Of a stretch of 64,000 bases of DNA, positions 19,426 to 30,349 are shown one piece after another; position 1 is the first letter of the stretch, and every line of letters starts with the position of its first letter. Position numbers and translations under genes: made by a program. This stretch comes from an uncultured Actinomycetota bacterium (lineage in GTDB: Bacteria; Actinomycetota; Actinomycetes; Propionibacteriales; Nocardioidaceae). The stretch lies in the NCBI GenBank assembly GCA_963804845.1, contig CAWDSA010000002.1, forward strand, positions 318,533 to 382,532, written 5' to 3'. Under the pieces are notes generated by a model. It searched no databases and was not told where the DNA came from. It saw nothing but the letters and a program-made list of their open reading frames with translations.

Positions 19426-20673
19426 ATGACAGCGCAGTACGACGACGTGGCCCACCCGGTGGTGGCGAGTGTCGTCGGGCTGCGCTCCGAGCTCTCCTCG
19501 TTGGCGGGGGCGCCGGTGTGGGGGATGTCGACGGCCGACACCGAGACCGCGCTGGTCGAGGTCACTGCCCTGGCGACGCAGGTGGCGCAGCTGCAGCTGC
19601 GGCTGCTGTCCCATGGCAAGCGGGTCGAGGTCGGTACGTCGGTGGGTGCGACGTCGGCGGCGAACTGGCTGGCCCACACCACGCGTACGACGCGGCCGGC
19701 GGTCCATCGTGCGGCTCGGTTGGCAGACCGGCTGGACGCCGCCCACGAGGCCGTGGACGGGGCGCTGGCCGATGCCTCGATCAATGTCGAGCAGGCGCAC
19801 GTGATCGTGGAAGCCGTCGACGACCTCCCGGCCGACCTGGTCGACGCCGAGACCCGCGACAAGGCGGAGGCGTTCCTGCTCCGTGAGGCCCGTGACCACG
19901 ACGCCAAGGCGCTGCGGATCCTGGGACGCCGGCTGCTCGAGGTGGTCGCCCCCGAGGTGGCCGACGCCGAGGAAGCCCGCCGGCTGGAGGACGAGGAAGC
20001 CGCCGCGAGGGCGAAGGCGTCGTTGACGATGTCGGACGACGGCCACGGGACGTGCCACGGCCGGTTCACCCTGCCCTCGCTGCACGGGTCGATGCTCCGC
20101 AAAGCGCTGCTCGCGATCGCGAACCCCGGCCCGCCACCCCGACCGGCCCGCCGAGACACCCACCAAGCACAAGCTCGGGCTCGCGTTCATGGAGTACCTC
20201 GAGACCCGCCCCGAAGACTCGATCCCCACCGCCGGTGGTGTCGCCGCCATCGGTGGTGGTCACCATGGACCTGGACACCCTGATGGGCGGCCTCAAGGCC
20301 GCCGGACTCGTGCGACGGCACCCGCATCTCCGCCGGCGAAGCCCGGCGGATGGCGTGCCTGGCCGGGGTCATCCCGGTCGTCGCTCGGCGGCAAGTCCGA
20401 ACCCCTCGACGTCGGCCGGCGAGCGTCGGTTCCACAGCAAGGCCCAGCGCATCGCGCTCGGCGTCCGGGACGGCGGCTGCACCGCCGAGGGCTGCGACCG
20501 GCCACCCTCGATGTGCCACGCCCACCACGACCAGCCCTGGAGCCAGGGACGGCAACACCGACGTCAAGACCGGCCGGCTCCTCTGCCAGCGCCACCACAC
20601 CCTGGCCCACGACCGCCGCTACCAGCTCAAAGCCGGCCCGAACGGCAAGGTCAGCTTCACCAGGCGGACGTGA
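19426..20673 (+). pseudogene. DUF222 / HNH endonuclease (13E12-repeat-type), at least 6 frameshifts
   Basis: The N-terminal DUF222 region is intact in frame 19345 (MTAQYDDVAHPVVASV...TMSDDGHGTCHGRFTLPSLHGSMLRKALLAIANP). Later pieces are HKLGLAFMEYLETRPEDSIPTAGGVAA (20189 frame) and VVVTMDLDTLMGGLKAAG (20052 frame). They continue with CDGTRISAGEARRMACLAGVIPVV (20350 frame) and LGGKSEPLDVGRR (20189 frame). The last pieces are RRFHSKAQRIALGVRDGGCTAEGCDRPPSMCHAHHDQPWSQG (20052 frame) and GNTDVKTGRLLCQRHHTLAHD...KVSFTRRT (20350 frame). Confidence 0.85.
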
Positions 20674-20682
20674 GCGGGAGCC

Positions 20683-21162
20683 TCAGTCGACGCGCGTGGC
20701 GGTGGCCTCGTAGCCGCCGCCCGGCCACTCCCAGGCACCCGTGACCGTCCTGGCTCGGCGGTCGATCGTGCCCGTGAACATCGCGGGCGAGTCCCGGTAG
20801 CCGTGCCAGATCCTGAGTGCGTCGCCGTCGATCTCCCAGAAGTACTCGAGCGCGAACGGGCAGAACGGGCCCGGACCCCCGCCGCTGAAGAGCATCGAGC
20901 GGAGGGAATCGGTGGTGGCGTCGTACCCGATGTACTCCATGCCGTCCTGGGGGTGCCCCTCGGTCTCGGTCCTCTGGGTCATGAAGTAGCCGCCGGGAAG
21001 CCACTCGCGGATGATGGTGCTGGTGGACGTCTCGCCGGAGGCGGGGTCGCGACTCTCGAGCCGCCACCTCCCCTCGAGGACGTCGAGGTCACGCAGCCGC
21101 GGGTGTGGCTCAGGCGCCTGCGGCATGGCCGCCGTCTCAGTGGTCTCTGTCTGGTCGATCAT
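20683..21162 (-). CDS. DUF1579-like small beta-barrel protein (hypothetical)
   Basis: 159 aa intact ORF (...LEGRWRLESRDPASGETSTSTIIREWLPGGYFMTQRTE...). Family call is tentative. Confidence 0.6.
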   Translation of the reverse strand: MIDQTETTETAAMPQAPEPHPRLRDLDVLEGRWRLESRDPASGETSTSTIIREWLPGGYFMTQRTETEGHPQDGMEYIGYDATTDSLRSMLFSGGGPGPFCPFALEYFWEIDGDALRIWHGYRDSPAMFTGTIDRRARTVTGAWEWPGGGYEATATRVD

Positions 21163-21223
21163 GCGTGGTCCGACCCGACCTCCGGTCAGAGAATCATCGG
21201 TCAGGTCCCGCTAGTCTCTGGGC

Positions 21224-21541
21224 ATGCTCATCATCGCCATCATCCTGTTCGGCATGATCATCGGCGCGGGTGCGCAGCTGATCCTCGGACGATCGCGCGG
21301 CTCCACCGACTGGACGATGGCGATCGTGGCCGGGCTCCTCGGCTCGTTCGTCGGCGGGTTGCTCATCAGCCTGCTGTCCAGTGACGGCATCGAGCTGAGG
21401 CCGAGCGGGATCATCGGGTCCCTGGTCGGCGCCGTCATCGTCACTGCGTTGTGGCGCTGGTGGGACGGCCGGAACAAGCCGACCGCGGAGGACCATGCCG
21501 CCAAGCGGTCGGGAGACCCCCGCAAGTCCAACCCGCACTGA
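21224..21541 (+). CDS. GlsB/YeaQ/YmgE-family stress-response membrane protein
   Basis: 105 aa: MLIIAIILFGMIIGAGAQLILGRSRGSTDWTMAIVAGLLGSFVGGLLISLL. Confidence 0.85.
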   Translation: MLIIAIILFGMIIGAGAQLILGRSRGSTDWTMAIVAGLLGSFVGGLLISLLSSDGIELRPSGIIGSLVGAVIVTALWRWWDGRNKPTAEDHAAKRSGDPRKSNPH

Positions 21542-21577
21542 CCCAGCAGCTTCAGCCGGCTGGTGGGCCCCAGCTGG

Positions 21578-22341
21578 TCAGGTCTCGTCGTTCAACCGAA
21601 TCGTCTGCAGCCGCCAGCCCGCGTACACCGTGGCGCCCACCGTCACCACGAGGAGCAGGATCAGACCCGTGGTGAACGACACCGCCGCTTCGACGCCGAG
21701 GAGCGACGCGCGGTCGCCGAGGATCTGGACGACGACCGACGACGCCCACTGCTGGACCGACAGCGTCTGGGCGCCGGGGGCGAGACCACCGATCAAGGTC
21801 TCCCAGATCAGGGCGTAGATCAGACCGACGACGACGGCGTTGCGGGTGATGACGGCGAGCATCAGGAAGACGGCGGCGTAGGCGACACCGGCCGCGAACG
21901 CGCCGACGGTGTAGGCCAACGTCACCGAGCCCAGCGAGCCGGTGAGGATGATGCCGGCGAAGAAGACGGGGATCACGCCGAAGGCGAGCAGGATGGCGAT
22001 CGCGACCGCGAGCTTGGTGAGGATGATCGTGTAGCGGTTGAGCGGCTTGGCGAGCAGGTAGACGATCGAGCCCTCGTCGATCTCGGGGCCGATCGAGCCG
22101 GTGCCGGCGATCAACCCGAGCAGCGGCATCATCACCGCGATCCCGAACCCGCCGAGCAGACTGGTGGCGAGGCCGCTGTCGAGCGCCTCGTTGAGCCCGT
22201 CGTCGAAGCCGGCGAGGATCCGCGCCAGGGCGCAGAGCGCGAGCAGCGCCAGCGGCAGCAGCATCAGGAGCACCGTGCGCCGCCGGCCGAGCAGGCTGCG
22301 GGCGGTGAGCTGCGCGACGGTCCGGTTCAGCAACAGGTCAC

Positions 22342-22345
<4 letters not shown>
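21578..22345 (-). CDS. ABC-2 type transporter permease
   Basis: 255 aa with six predicted TM segments. 4-nt overlap with the upstream ATPase gene. Confidence 0.75.
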
Positions 22346-23264
<919 letters not shown>

Positions 23265-23268
<4 letters not shown>

Positions 23269-24167
23269 GCCAGGGCCTTCCGGTAGCGGGCCAGCAGGGC
23301 GGCGTAGCAGCCGACGACGAGGAGGACGGCGGCCAGGCAGAACACCGCGCCCATGAGCACGCCCTCGGGCTCGGTGGCCATGACGGACTCGGCTCCGAAC
23401 GGGCCGGCCATGACGCCGTCGACCAGCGTGAACGGCGAGATCAGCCCGGCGTAGCCCGCGAACGTGTCGTTGCCGAACTCCTCGGCCAGCGCCCGCACCG
23501 TCGCCTGGATCCCCGACAGCACGAGCAGCACGCCGACGATCGCGGCGACGCCGAGCCCGCGGCGCGGGGTCATCGCGGCGACGGTCAGCCCGATGCCGGC
23601 CAGCACCACGGCGCTGATCGCGGCGCCGATCATCCCGCGCAGGTAGTCCTTCAGCTGGAGGTCGAGCGGCAGCTCCGCCAGCATCGCGCCGGCGAACAGC
23701 ATCGTGATCGGCAGCGCCATCAGGATGAAGAGCCCGGCCGCCATCCCGGCGTACTTGGCCTGGACGTACTGCTGACGCGAGAGCGGCCGCGAGAAGTAGA
23801 GCGGCGCCACCCGGAACCGCAGGTCGCGCGACATCGCGGCCGGCGCCTGCGAGCCGAGGAAGATCGTGACCGCGACCTGGAAGGCGAAGACGTACTCCGT
23901 GTAGCCGAGCGGCAGCGACGGCAGCCGGAAGTAGCCGGTCACGATGCCGATCGTCACCGCCGGGAACACCATCACCGCCAGCAGCAGGAACGGCATCACC
24001 TTGGACTTGCCCGAGCGGCCCAGGCCGTAGGTGCCGCGCAGGGTGTCGAGGAACAGCGAGCGCCGGATGTACGCCGCGCCGAGCCGCGGCCCGTCGTAGT
24101 GGCGGTAGCCGATGTCATGGATCGCACCGGTCGGCTGACCGGCAGACTGGTTGGCGGGCTGGGTCAT
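23265..24167 (-). CDS. ABC transporter permease
   Basis: 300 aa polytopic membrane protein, translationally coupled on both sides. Confidence 0.75.
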
Positions 24168-25051
24168 GTCGAGAACACCTCCACCATCCGGTGGCGCTGC
24201 CGTTCCATCCGCACCAGGCCGAGGCCGAGCTCGGCGACCGCATCCCGGACCACGTCGTACGCCGAGGCGTCGTCCACGGCGACGTGGAGCAGCCGGCCCT
24301 CGGCGTGGACGGCGATGCCGGCGGCCTCGAGCCGTGCCACCAGCGCGGCCTGGTCGCCGTCGACCTCGACCGTGACCACGGCGGTCTCGGCGGTGACGGA
24401 CGCGGTCGTGGAGTGGCGCAGCAGCTGGCCGCCGTCGATGACGACGATGCCGTCGGCGACCCGCTCGAGCTCGCCGAGCAGGTGGGACGTGACGATGACC
24501 GAGATGCCGAACTCGCCGCCGATGCGCTGGATCAGGCCGAGCATGTCGTCGCGGCCGGCGGGGTCGAGGCCGTTGGTCGGCTCGTCGAGCAGCACCAGGC
24601 TCGGGTCGTGGACCAGCGCCTGAGCGAGCTTGACCCGCTGCTTCATGCCCGTGGAGTAGCCGCCCATCGAGCGGTAGCGCTCCTCGTAGAGGCCGACGTG
24701 GCGCAGCGTGTCGGCGGTCCGCTCGCGGGCGGCGGTCATCGGCAGCCCCGACATCCGGCCCATGTGGACGCAGAACTCCGTCGCCGACACGTCGGGCGGC
24801 AGGCAGTCGTGCTCGGGCATGTAGCCGACCAGCTCCCGGATCGCCGGGCCGTCGGTCGCGACGTCGAGGTCGAGCACCCGCGCCGTACCCTCCGTCGCGG
24901 GCAGCAGGCCGAGCAGGATCTTGAGCAGCGTCGACTTGCCGGCGCCGTTCGCGCCGACCAGGCCGGTGATGCCCGGCTCGACATCGATGCTCAGCTGGCT
25001 CAGCGCCGTCACCGCGCCGAAGCGCTTGGACAGTCCCTCGGTCGTGATCAT
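24164..25051 (-). CDS. ABC transporter ATP-binding protein
   Basis: Walker A GANGAGKST, signature YSTGMKQR, Walker B VLLDEPTNGLD. Confidence 0.9.
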   Translation of the reverse strand: MITTEGLSKRFGAVTALSQLSIDVEPGITGLVGANGAGKSTLLKILLGLLPATEGTARVLDLDVATDGPAIRELVGYMPEHDCLPPDVSATEFCVHMGRMSGLPMTAARERTADTLRHVGLYEERYRSMGGYSTGMKQRVKLAQALVHDPSLVLLDEPTNGLDPAGRDDMLGLIQRIGGEFGISVIVTSHLLGELERVADGIVVIDGGQLLRHSTTASVTAETAVVTVEVDGDQAALVARLEAAGIAVHAEGRLLHVAVDDASAYDVVRDAVAELGLGLVRMERQRHRMVEVFST

Positions 25052-25254
25052 TCGTCAGCCCACTCCAGGAGGTCGCCGGGCTGGCAGTCGAGCACCCGGC
25101 ACATCGCCTCCAGTGTGGTGAACCGGACCGCCTTCGCGCGACCGTTCTTCAAAACCGCCACGTTGGCGGGCGTGAGCCCGATGCGCTCGGCGAAGTCACC
25201 CACGCTCATCTTGCGCTTGGCGAGCTCGACATCGATCCGGACCACGATGGGCAT
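25048..25254 (-). CDS. XRE-family (YozG-like) helix-turn-helix transcriptional regulator
   Basis: 68 aa: MPIVVRIDVELAKRKMSVGDFAERIGLTPANVAVLKNGRAKAVRFTTLEAMCRVLDCQPGDLLEW. Confidence 0.85.
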   Translation of the reverse strand: MPIVVRIDVELAKRKMSVGDFAERIGLTPANVAVLKNGRAKAVRFTTLEAMCRVLDCQPGDLLEWADE

Positions 25255-25751
25255 CAGATCACGGCTTCCATGTCGGTGTGCAGGGTGGTGGCCTGCCGGA
25301 GCAGCGCGCGCATCACCAGCATCAGCAACCCGACCACCGTGATCGCGAGGCCGAGGATGCCGACCGCGAGCGGGTTGCCGGGGTCGTCGGACGTCGCCAG
25401 GACAGGATGCCGAAGCCGAGCCACACCAGCCAGCCGGCCGCGATGGCGCCGAGGATCAGGTCGACCCAGCGGAAGGCCGCGTCGGTGAAGATCCGGTCGG
25501 TCCGGACCATCCCGAGCAGCTGCCAGGTGCACGACGATCACCACCTGCGCGCACAGCAGCTCGAGCTCGAGCACCACCAGCAGGATCCAGCGCTCGGTCG
25601 CGAAGCCGGGATCCTGCTCGGCCTGGTAGGCCAGCGTCCCCGGCACGCTCATGACCTGCAGCACCAGGATCGCGACGAACGCCAGCACCAGCAGACCTCG
25701 CAGCGTCGTCACCACGCGACCCGTCGTCAGCAGGTGATCAGTCGTCAGCAT
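25254..25751 (-). CDS. DUF2975-like membrane protein, two apparent frameshifts (about 25515 and 25400)
   Basis: The ends are in frame 25254..25751. The central TM segment VRTDRIFTDAAFRWVDLILGAIAAGWLVWLGFGILS is in frame 25322..25510. The second shift is repaired by restoring one C in TCCTGG (to TCCCTGG). Confidence 0.6.
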   Translation of the reverse strand: MLTTDHLLTTGRVVTTLRGLLVLAFVAILVLQVMSVPGTLAYQAEQDPGFATERWILLVVLELELLCAQVVIVVHLAAARDGPDRPDLHRRGLPLGRPDPRRHRGRLAGVARLRHPVLATSDDPGNPLAVGILGLAITVVGLLMLVMRALLRQATTLHTDMEAVI

Positions 25752-26086
25752 GCGCCGACTATCGAGTGTTTCCTATCGAATGTCAATCGATTCTGGTCGT
25801 GTCGCGTTCGGCCGTTGCCGTCTTCCGGCCGACGGAACACGGCACCGGTCCCAGCTATCAACGCGACCGCGCCGGCGGCGACGGCGTACCAGGTGAAGCG
25901 GTCGACCGCCGCCTCGCACGGGCCGGACAGGTCCGCTGCCCCGCCGCCCTTGTTCTCACCGACGACGAGGATGGCTGGGCAGGTCACGGTCTCGCCGCTG
26001 ACCTCCGCCTTCGGCCCGATCGCCAGGAGCAGCGCACAGACGAAGCCGGCGACGACGGCCACCAGGATCATCGCGATGCGCACCAT
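25745..26086 (-). CDS. small membrane protein (hypothetical)
   Basis: MVRIAMILVAVVAGFVCALLLAIGPK... with a second hydrophobic segment WYAVAAGAVALIAGTGAVF. Start chosen at the internal ATG of ORF 25745..26116. Confidence 0.4.
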   Translation of the reverse strand: MVRIAMILVAVVAGFVCALLLAIGPKAEVSGETVTCPAILVVGENKGGGAADLSGPCEAAVDRFTWYAVAAGAVALIAGTGAVFRRPEDGNGRTRHDQNRLTFDRKHSIVGAC

Positions 26087-26160
26087 CCCCTCAGCGTAGG
26101 CGCTTGCCGACCGCACTATCCGGAAGCGAAACGTCCGGAACCGGGACTAGCGTCGACGTC

Positions 26161-26562
26161 ATGGACATCAAGCCGAAGCTCGACCTGGTCATCCTCGACT
26201 GCCCGGACGCGCTCGTCCTCGGCACGTTCTACGCCGACGTCCTCGGCTGGAAGCTCGAGGACGGGGCGGAGAGCCGGTGGTGCGTGCTCGAGCCGCCGGG
26301 CGGTGGCATCTCCCCCGACAACCCCGACGGGCGTACGACGCTGGCGTTCCAGCGGATCGACGACTGGGTCGAGCCGACCTGGCCCGGCGGCAGCCACCCG
26401 CAGCAGTTCCACCTCGACCTCGCCACCCCCGACATGGACGCGACCGAGACCGCGGTCCTCGCCGCCGGTGCCCGGAAGCACGAGCATCAGCCCTCGAAGG
26501 ACGGCAACTTCCGGGTCTTCCTCGACCCCGCCGGCCACCCGTTCTGCCTGATCCGGGGCTAG
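26161..26562 (+). CDS. VOC (glyoxalase/bleomycin-resistance) family protein
   Basis: MDIKPKLDLVILDCPDALVLGTFYADVLGWKLE...FHLDLATPDMDATE...FRVFLDPAGHPFCL. ATG at 26161 within track ORF 26104..26562. Confidence 0.8.
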   Translation: MDIKPKLDLVILDCPDALVLGTFYADVLGWKLEDGAESRWCVLEPPGGGISPDNPDGRTTLAFQRIDDWVEPTWPGGSHPQQFHLDLATPDMDATETAVLAAGARKHEHQPSKDGNFRVFLDPAGHPFCLIRG

Positions 26563-27743
26563 CGGACGCGGAACGTGGCCCAGGTCGACTTGAGGCCGAG
26601 GGTGGAGCGCATGGTGTCGCCGGTGACGGCGACGGTGGACTTCGAGCCGACGAGGCGGAGGATCTCGACGCGGCCGCCCCACTGGCCGTTGCCGTCGCGG
26701 GTCGGGACGACGATCCGCTGGAGGTTGCCCAGGGCGGGCCAGGCGGACTCGAAGCGGGCGTCGGTGACCTTGACCGACCAGTCGTGGTGGGGGTTGCCGG
26801 ACCAGCCGTCGTACGGGTCCTTCTGGGCCGGGAGGTAGGGGACGGAGCCGGCGGAGGTCCAGCCGCCGCTCGACGACCCGAACTGCGTGAAGGCGGGGTC
26901 GCCGCTCCACCGCAGGATCCGGCGCCGGGTGGCGGTGACCGCCTCGTCGGAGGCGGAGTGCTCGGCGTCGGCACCGCCGTAGACCTGGCACGACCAGGTG
27001 TCGCAGAGGTCGAAGATCGAGGCGCGGGGGTGAGCGCGCTCGTACGCCGCGTAGGTGCGCGCCGCGACGGCCTGGGCGCGAACGGCGGCCGGCGACCACA
27101 GCGCCGGGATCTCGAGCGGCACCACACCGCGCAGGTACTGCTCCAGCGGCAGCGTGTTGACCGTGACCCGAGCGGCGGGCGCGTCGGCGGGTGCGAGGGC
27201 AGCGAGCTGGCCGCGGTAGGCGCGGTTGCCGGACGGCGTGACCAGCGTGACCGGGTCGCCGTCCGCGCTGAACGCACCGAACCCCTCCAGCGTGCGCCAC
27301 GGCCGCCACCGGTCGGTGTAGAAGCTGACCCGGTTCTCCCCCGACGAGAGGCGGGCGATCCGCCACCGCGTCGCGTCCTTGTCGGGCAGCACGAACGTCT
27401 CGTCGGACCCGAGGTCGCGCACGGCCAGCCGGTTGCGGGTGACCACGACCAGGTCGTCGGTGGTGTCGGCGGTGAGCTGGACCCGGATCCGGCCCTTGGC
27501 CTTCCCCCACGTCGTGCCGGGGTAGTAGAACTTCGCGATCTCGTCGTACGACAGCCCCTCGCGAGCCGCGCCCTCGGCGCCGTACTGCGACATCCCGTGG
27601 CCGTGCCCGTAGCCGTGGCCCTTGATCGTGATGGTCGCGTTGCGGGGCACGTCCCAGGAGTCGGCGCCGTAGGCCGCGTCAGCCGTCAGCGCCAGCGCGC
27701 CGGCCAGGAGGCAGGCGAGAGCGATGTGACGGAAGGGACGCAC
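26559..27743 (-). CDS. SpoIID/LytB domain-containing protein (secreted)
   Basis: 394 aa intact with a signal peptide. ITIKGHGYGHGHGMSQYGAEGAAREG and CDTWSCQVYGG are SpoIID-type motifs. Confidence 0.85.
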   Translation of the reverse strand: MRPFRHIALACLLAGALALTADAAYGADSWDVPRNATITIKGHGYGHGHGMSQYGAEGAAREGLSYDEIAKFYYPGTTWGKAKGRIRVQLTADTTDDLVVVTRNRLAVRDLGSDETFVLPDKDATRWRIARLSSGENRVSFYTDRWRPWRTLEGFGAFSADGDPVTLVTPSGNRAYRGQLAALAPADAPAARVTVNTLPLEQYLRGVVPLEIPALWSPAAVRAQAVAARTYAAYERAHPRASIFDLCDTWSCQVYGGADAEHSASDEAVTATRRRILRWSGDPAFTQFGSSSGGWTSAGSVPYLPAQKDPYDGWSGNPHHDWSVKVTDARFESAWPALGNLQRIVVPTRDGNGQWGGRVEILRLVGSKSTVAVTGDTMRSTLGLKSTWATFRVR

Positions 27744-27760
27744 GCGACCGATGGTAGGTG

Positions 27761-28958
27761 CTAGTTCACCTTCGTGATCGTGAACAGCGTGGACGGCAGA
27801 TCCCAGTCGGCGCGGAAGTCGTTGCCCGTGACGGTGTCGGAGAAGCCCGACCCGGCGGTCACCCGAACCCGCTCCACGCGCCCGCCGCGGGAGCCCTTGC
27901 CGTCGCGCTCGACGATGCGGATGAAGTCGAGGTCGTCGTAGTTGTACTCCTCCTCCATCTCTGCCGCGGTGACGGTCACCTTCCAGCCGTAGTAGTCACG
28001 CGAGTTGCCCTCGTAGCGGTCACGCTTGGCCGGGAGGTACGGCTTGCCGCCCGCCACCGTGTAGCCGCCGTTGCTGGCGGAGAACTCGGCGAAGATCGGA
28101 TTCCGGCGGTAGGTCAGCACCTGCTTCGCGGTGGCCTTCACGGCCTTGTTCGTCGCGGCTGCTTCGGCCGAGGCGCCGCCGTAGACCTGGCACAGGGCGG
28201 TGTCGCAGATGTCGTAGGCGACGTCGAGCGGGTGGTCCCTCCGCCAGGCGGCGTAGGTGCGGGACGCGACGGCCTGGGACGCGCAGCGCCTGCTGCGGCC
28301 ACGCCGCCTGCCATCTCCGAGGGCGTCACGCCGCGGATGTACTGCTCGAGCGACGACGACGTTCACCGTCACCCGGTCGCCGAAGTCGTCGACCGACGAG
28401 CGCAGCGCGCCGCGGTAGGCGACGTCGCCCGAGGGGGTCATCAGCGTGAGCTTGTTCGAGCCCGCCGTGAACTCGACGTCGCCCGCGATAGGTGTCGCCA
28501 CTCGTCCAGGCACCGTCGAAGTAGGAGACCTCGTGCCGTCGCCGCCGTCGGCGGGCTGGATCCGCCAGCGTGTGGCCGAGGCCGTCGGCCGCCGGGTCTG
28601 CGCCCGAGCCGACCTCGCGCACCTTGAGCCCGGCGACGTCGCGCACGATCGAGGTCGCCGTCGGCGTCGTCGCTGAACCAGCACCTCGACCGATCCCGCG
28701 GACCTCTGCCCACCGCGTCCGCGGGTAGTAGATGCCGAGGATCGAGCGGTAGCCCACGCCCTGGCGCGCCGCCGAGTAGGCGCCGTACTGGGACATGCCG
28801 CGGCCGTGGCCGCTGCCGTCACCCTTGATCGTGATGACCGCGTTGTTCGGCACGTCGTACCCCGGATCCGCCATCGCCGGGGCGATGGGCAGGGTCAGGA
28901 CGGCGGCAGCGGTCAGTGCGATGATCTTCATCCCCCGAGACATGCGGGCCATCCTCAC
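27761..28958 (-). pseudogene. SpoIID/LytB paralogue, at least 5 frameshifts
   Basis: N-terminus MKIIALTAAAV...ITIKGDGSGHGRGMSQYGAYSAARQG lies in 28326..28958. The middle alternates between three frames (28441..28713, 28138..28329, 27761..28822). The C-terminal half ...SRTYAAWRRDHPLDVAYDICDTALCQVYGG...TITKVN lies in 27761..28822. It is colinear with the intact neighbour. Confidence 0.8.
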
Positions 28959-30349
28959 ACGCGATGCAAACGCCGCGCCGCCTCGGCCACGGAACCGCTC
29001 ATCGAGGGGTAGACCGTGAACGCCTGCGCCAGCTGGTCGGCGGTGAGCGAGCAGTTGACCGCGATCGAGACCGGGTGGATCAGCTCACTGGCGCGCGGGC
29101 CGACGATCACGCCGCCGACGACGATGCCGGTGCCCGGGCGGCAGAACAGCTTCACGAAACCGTCGTGGACGCCCTGCATCTTGGCGCGGGCGTTGCCGCT
29201 CAGCGGCAACGTCACCGCCTCGGCCACGATCTCGCCGTCGTCGACCGCCTTCTGCGACCAACCGACGGTCGCGATCTCGGGCGCCGTGAACACGTTGGAC
29301 GAGACCTCCTTGAGGTCGAGCGGCGTCACGGCATCGCCGAGGAAGTGCCACATCGCGATCCGGCCCTGCATGGCCGCCACCGACGCGAGCATGAGGACGC
29401 CGGTGCAGTCGCCGGCGGCGTACACGCCGCGGGCACTGGTGCGCGAGACCCGGTCGACGGTGATGAAGCCGCCGTCGTCGGTCGCGACCCCGGCCTCCGC
29501 CAGGCCCAGGTCGTCGGTCTTCGGGACCGAGCCGAGGGCGAGGATGCAGTGGGAGCCGTCGACGGTGCGGCCGTCGGTGAGGGTCACGGTCACGGAGTCG
29601 CCGTTCCGCGCGACCGACTCCATCCGCGACTTCGACAGCACGTTCATGCCGCGGCGGGTCAGCACGTCCTCGAGCACCCGCGCGGCGTCGGCGTCCTCGC
29701 CGGGCAGCACCCGGTCGCGCGAGGAGACCAGGGTGACCTCGATGCCGAGGGCGAGGTAGGCCGAGGCGAACTCGGCCCCGGTGACACCCGACCCGACCAC
29801 GATCAGGTGCTCGGGCGCCTCGGTCAGGTCGTAGACCTGCTCCCACGTCAGGATCCGCTCGCCGTCGGGCTGTGCGCCCGGCAACGTGCGCGGGGCGGCA
29901 CCGGTCGCGAGCAGGACCGCGTCCGCGTCGAGGGTCTGCTCGCCGCCGTCGTTCAGGGTCACGCTGACCCGGTCGGTGGCCGCGAGACGCGCGCGGCCCG
30001 CGACGACCGAGACGCCGTCGCGCTCGAGCCGGCGGGCGATGTCGGCGGACTGGTCGTCGGCCAGCGCGAGCACCCGCTTGTTGAGCTTGCCGAGGTCGAC
30101 GGAGACCGAGGTCGCGAGGTCACCCTCGTGGTCGCGGACGTCGACGCCGAGCTCTCCGGCGTCGCCCATCTCGGTCATGACCTCGGCCGTCGCGATCAGC
30201 GTCTTGCTCGGCACGCAGTCGGTGAGGACCGCCGAGCCGCCCAGGCCGTCGCTGTCGACGACGGTGACCTCCGCGCCGAGCTGGGCCGCGACGTGGGCTG
30301 CCTCGTAGCCGCCCGGGCCACCGCCGATGATGACGACGCGGTCAGTCAT
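28955..30349 (-). CDS. pyridine-nucleotide disulfide oxidoreductase (mycobacterial LpdA / NAD(P)H-quinone reductase-like)
   Basis: Starts [32 protein letters not shown] (ATG 30349) and lacks the CxxxxC redox disulfide (TDCVPSKTL). 464 aa within track ORF 28955..30460. Confidence 0.85.
   Translation of the reverse strand: MTDRVVIIGGGPGGYEAAHVAAQLGAEVTVVDSDGLGGSAVLTDCVPSKTLIATAEVMTEMGDAGELGVDVRDHEGDLATSVSVDLGKLNKRVLALADDQSADIARRLERDGVSVVAGRARLAATDRVSVTLNDGGEQTLDADAVLLATGAAPRTLPGAQPDGERILTWEQVYDLTEAPEHLIVVGSGVTGAEFASAYLALGIEVTLVSSRDRVLPGEDADAARVLEDVLTRRGMNVLSKSRMESVARNGDSVTVTLTDGRTVDGSHCILALGSVPKTDDLGLAEAGVATDDGGFITVDRVSRTSARGVYAAGDCTGVLMLASVAAMQGRIAMWHFLGDAVTPLDLKEVSSNVFTAPEIATVGWSQKAVDDGEIVAEAVTLPLSGNARAKMQGVHDGFVKLFCRPGTGIVVGGVIVGPRASELIHPVSIAVNCSLTADQLAQAFTVYPSMSGSVAEAARRLHRV

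Noticed and set aside
18016-20250. 744-aa minus-strand ORF
   Set aside because: Only the last 193 codons (the CMD-family gene, ATG 18597 with a good SD) look real. The upstream part is Arg/Pro/Gly-rich and antisense to the 18814 and DUF222 genes.
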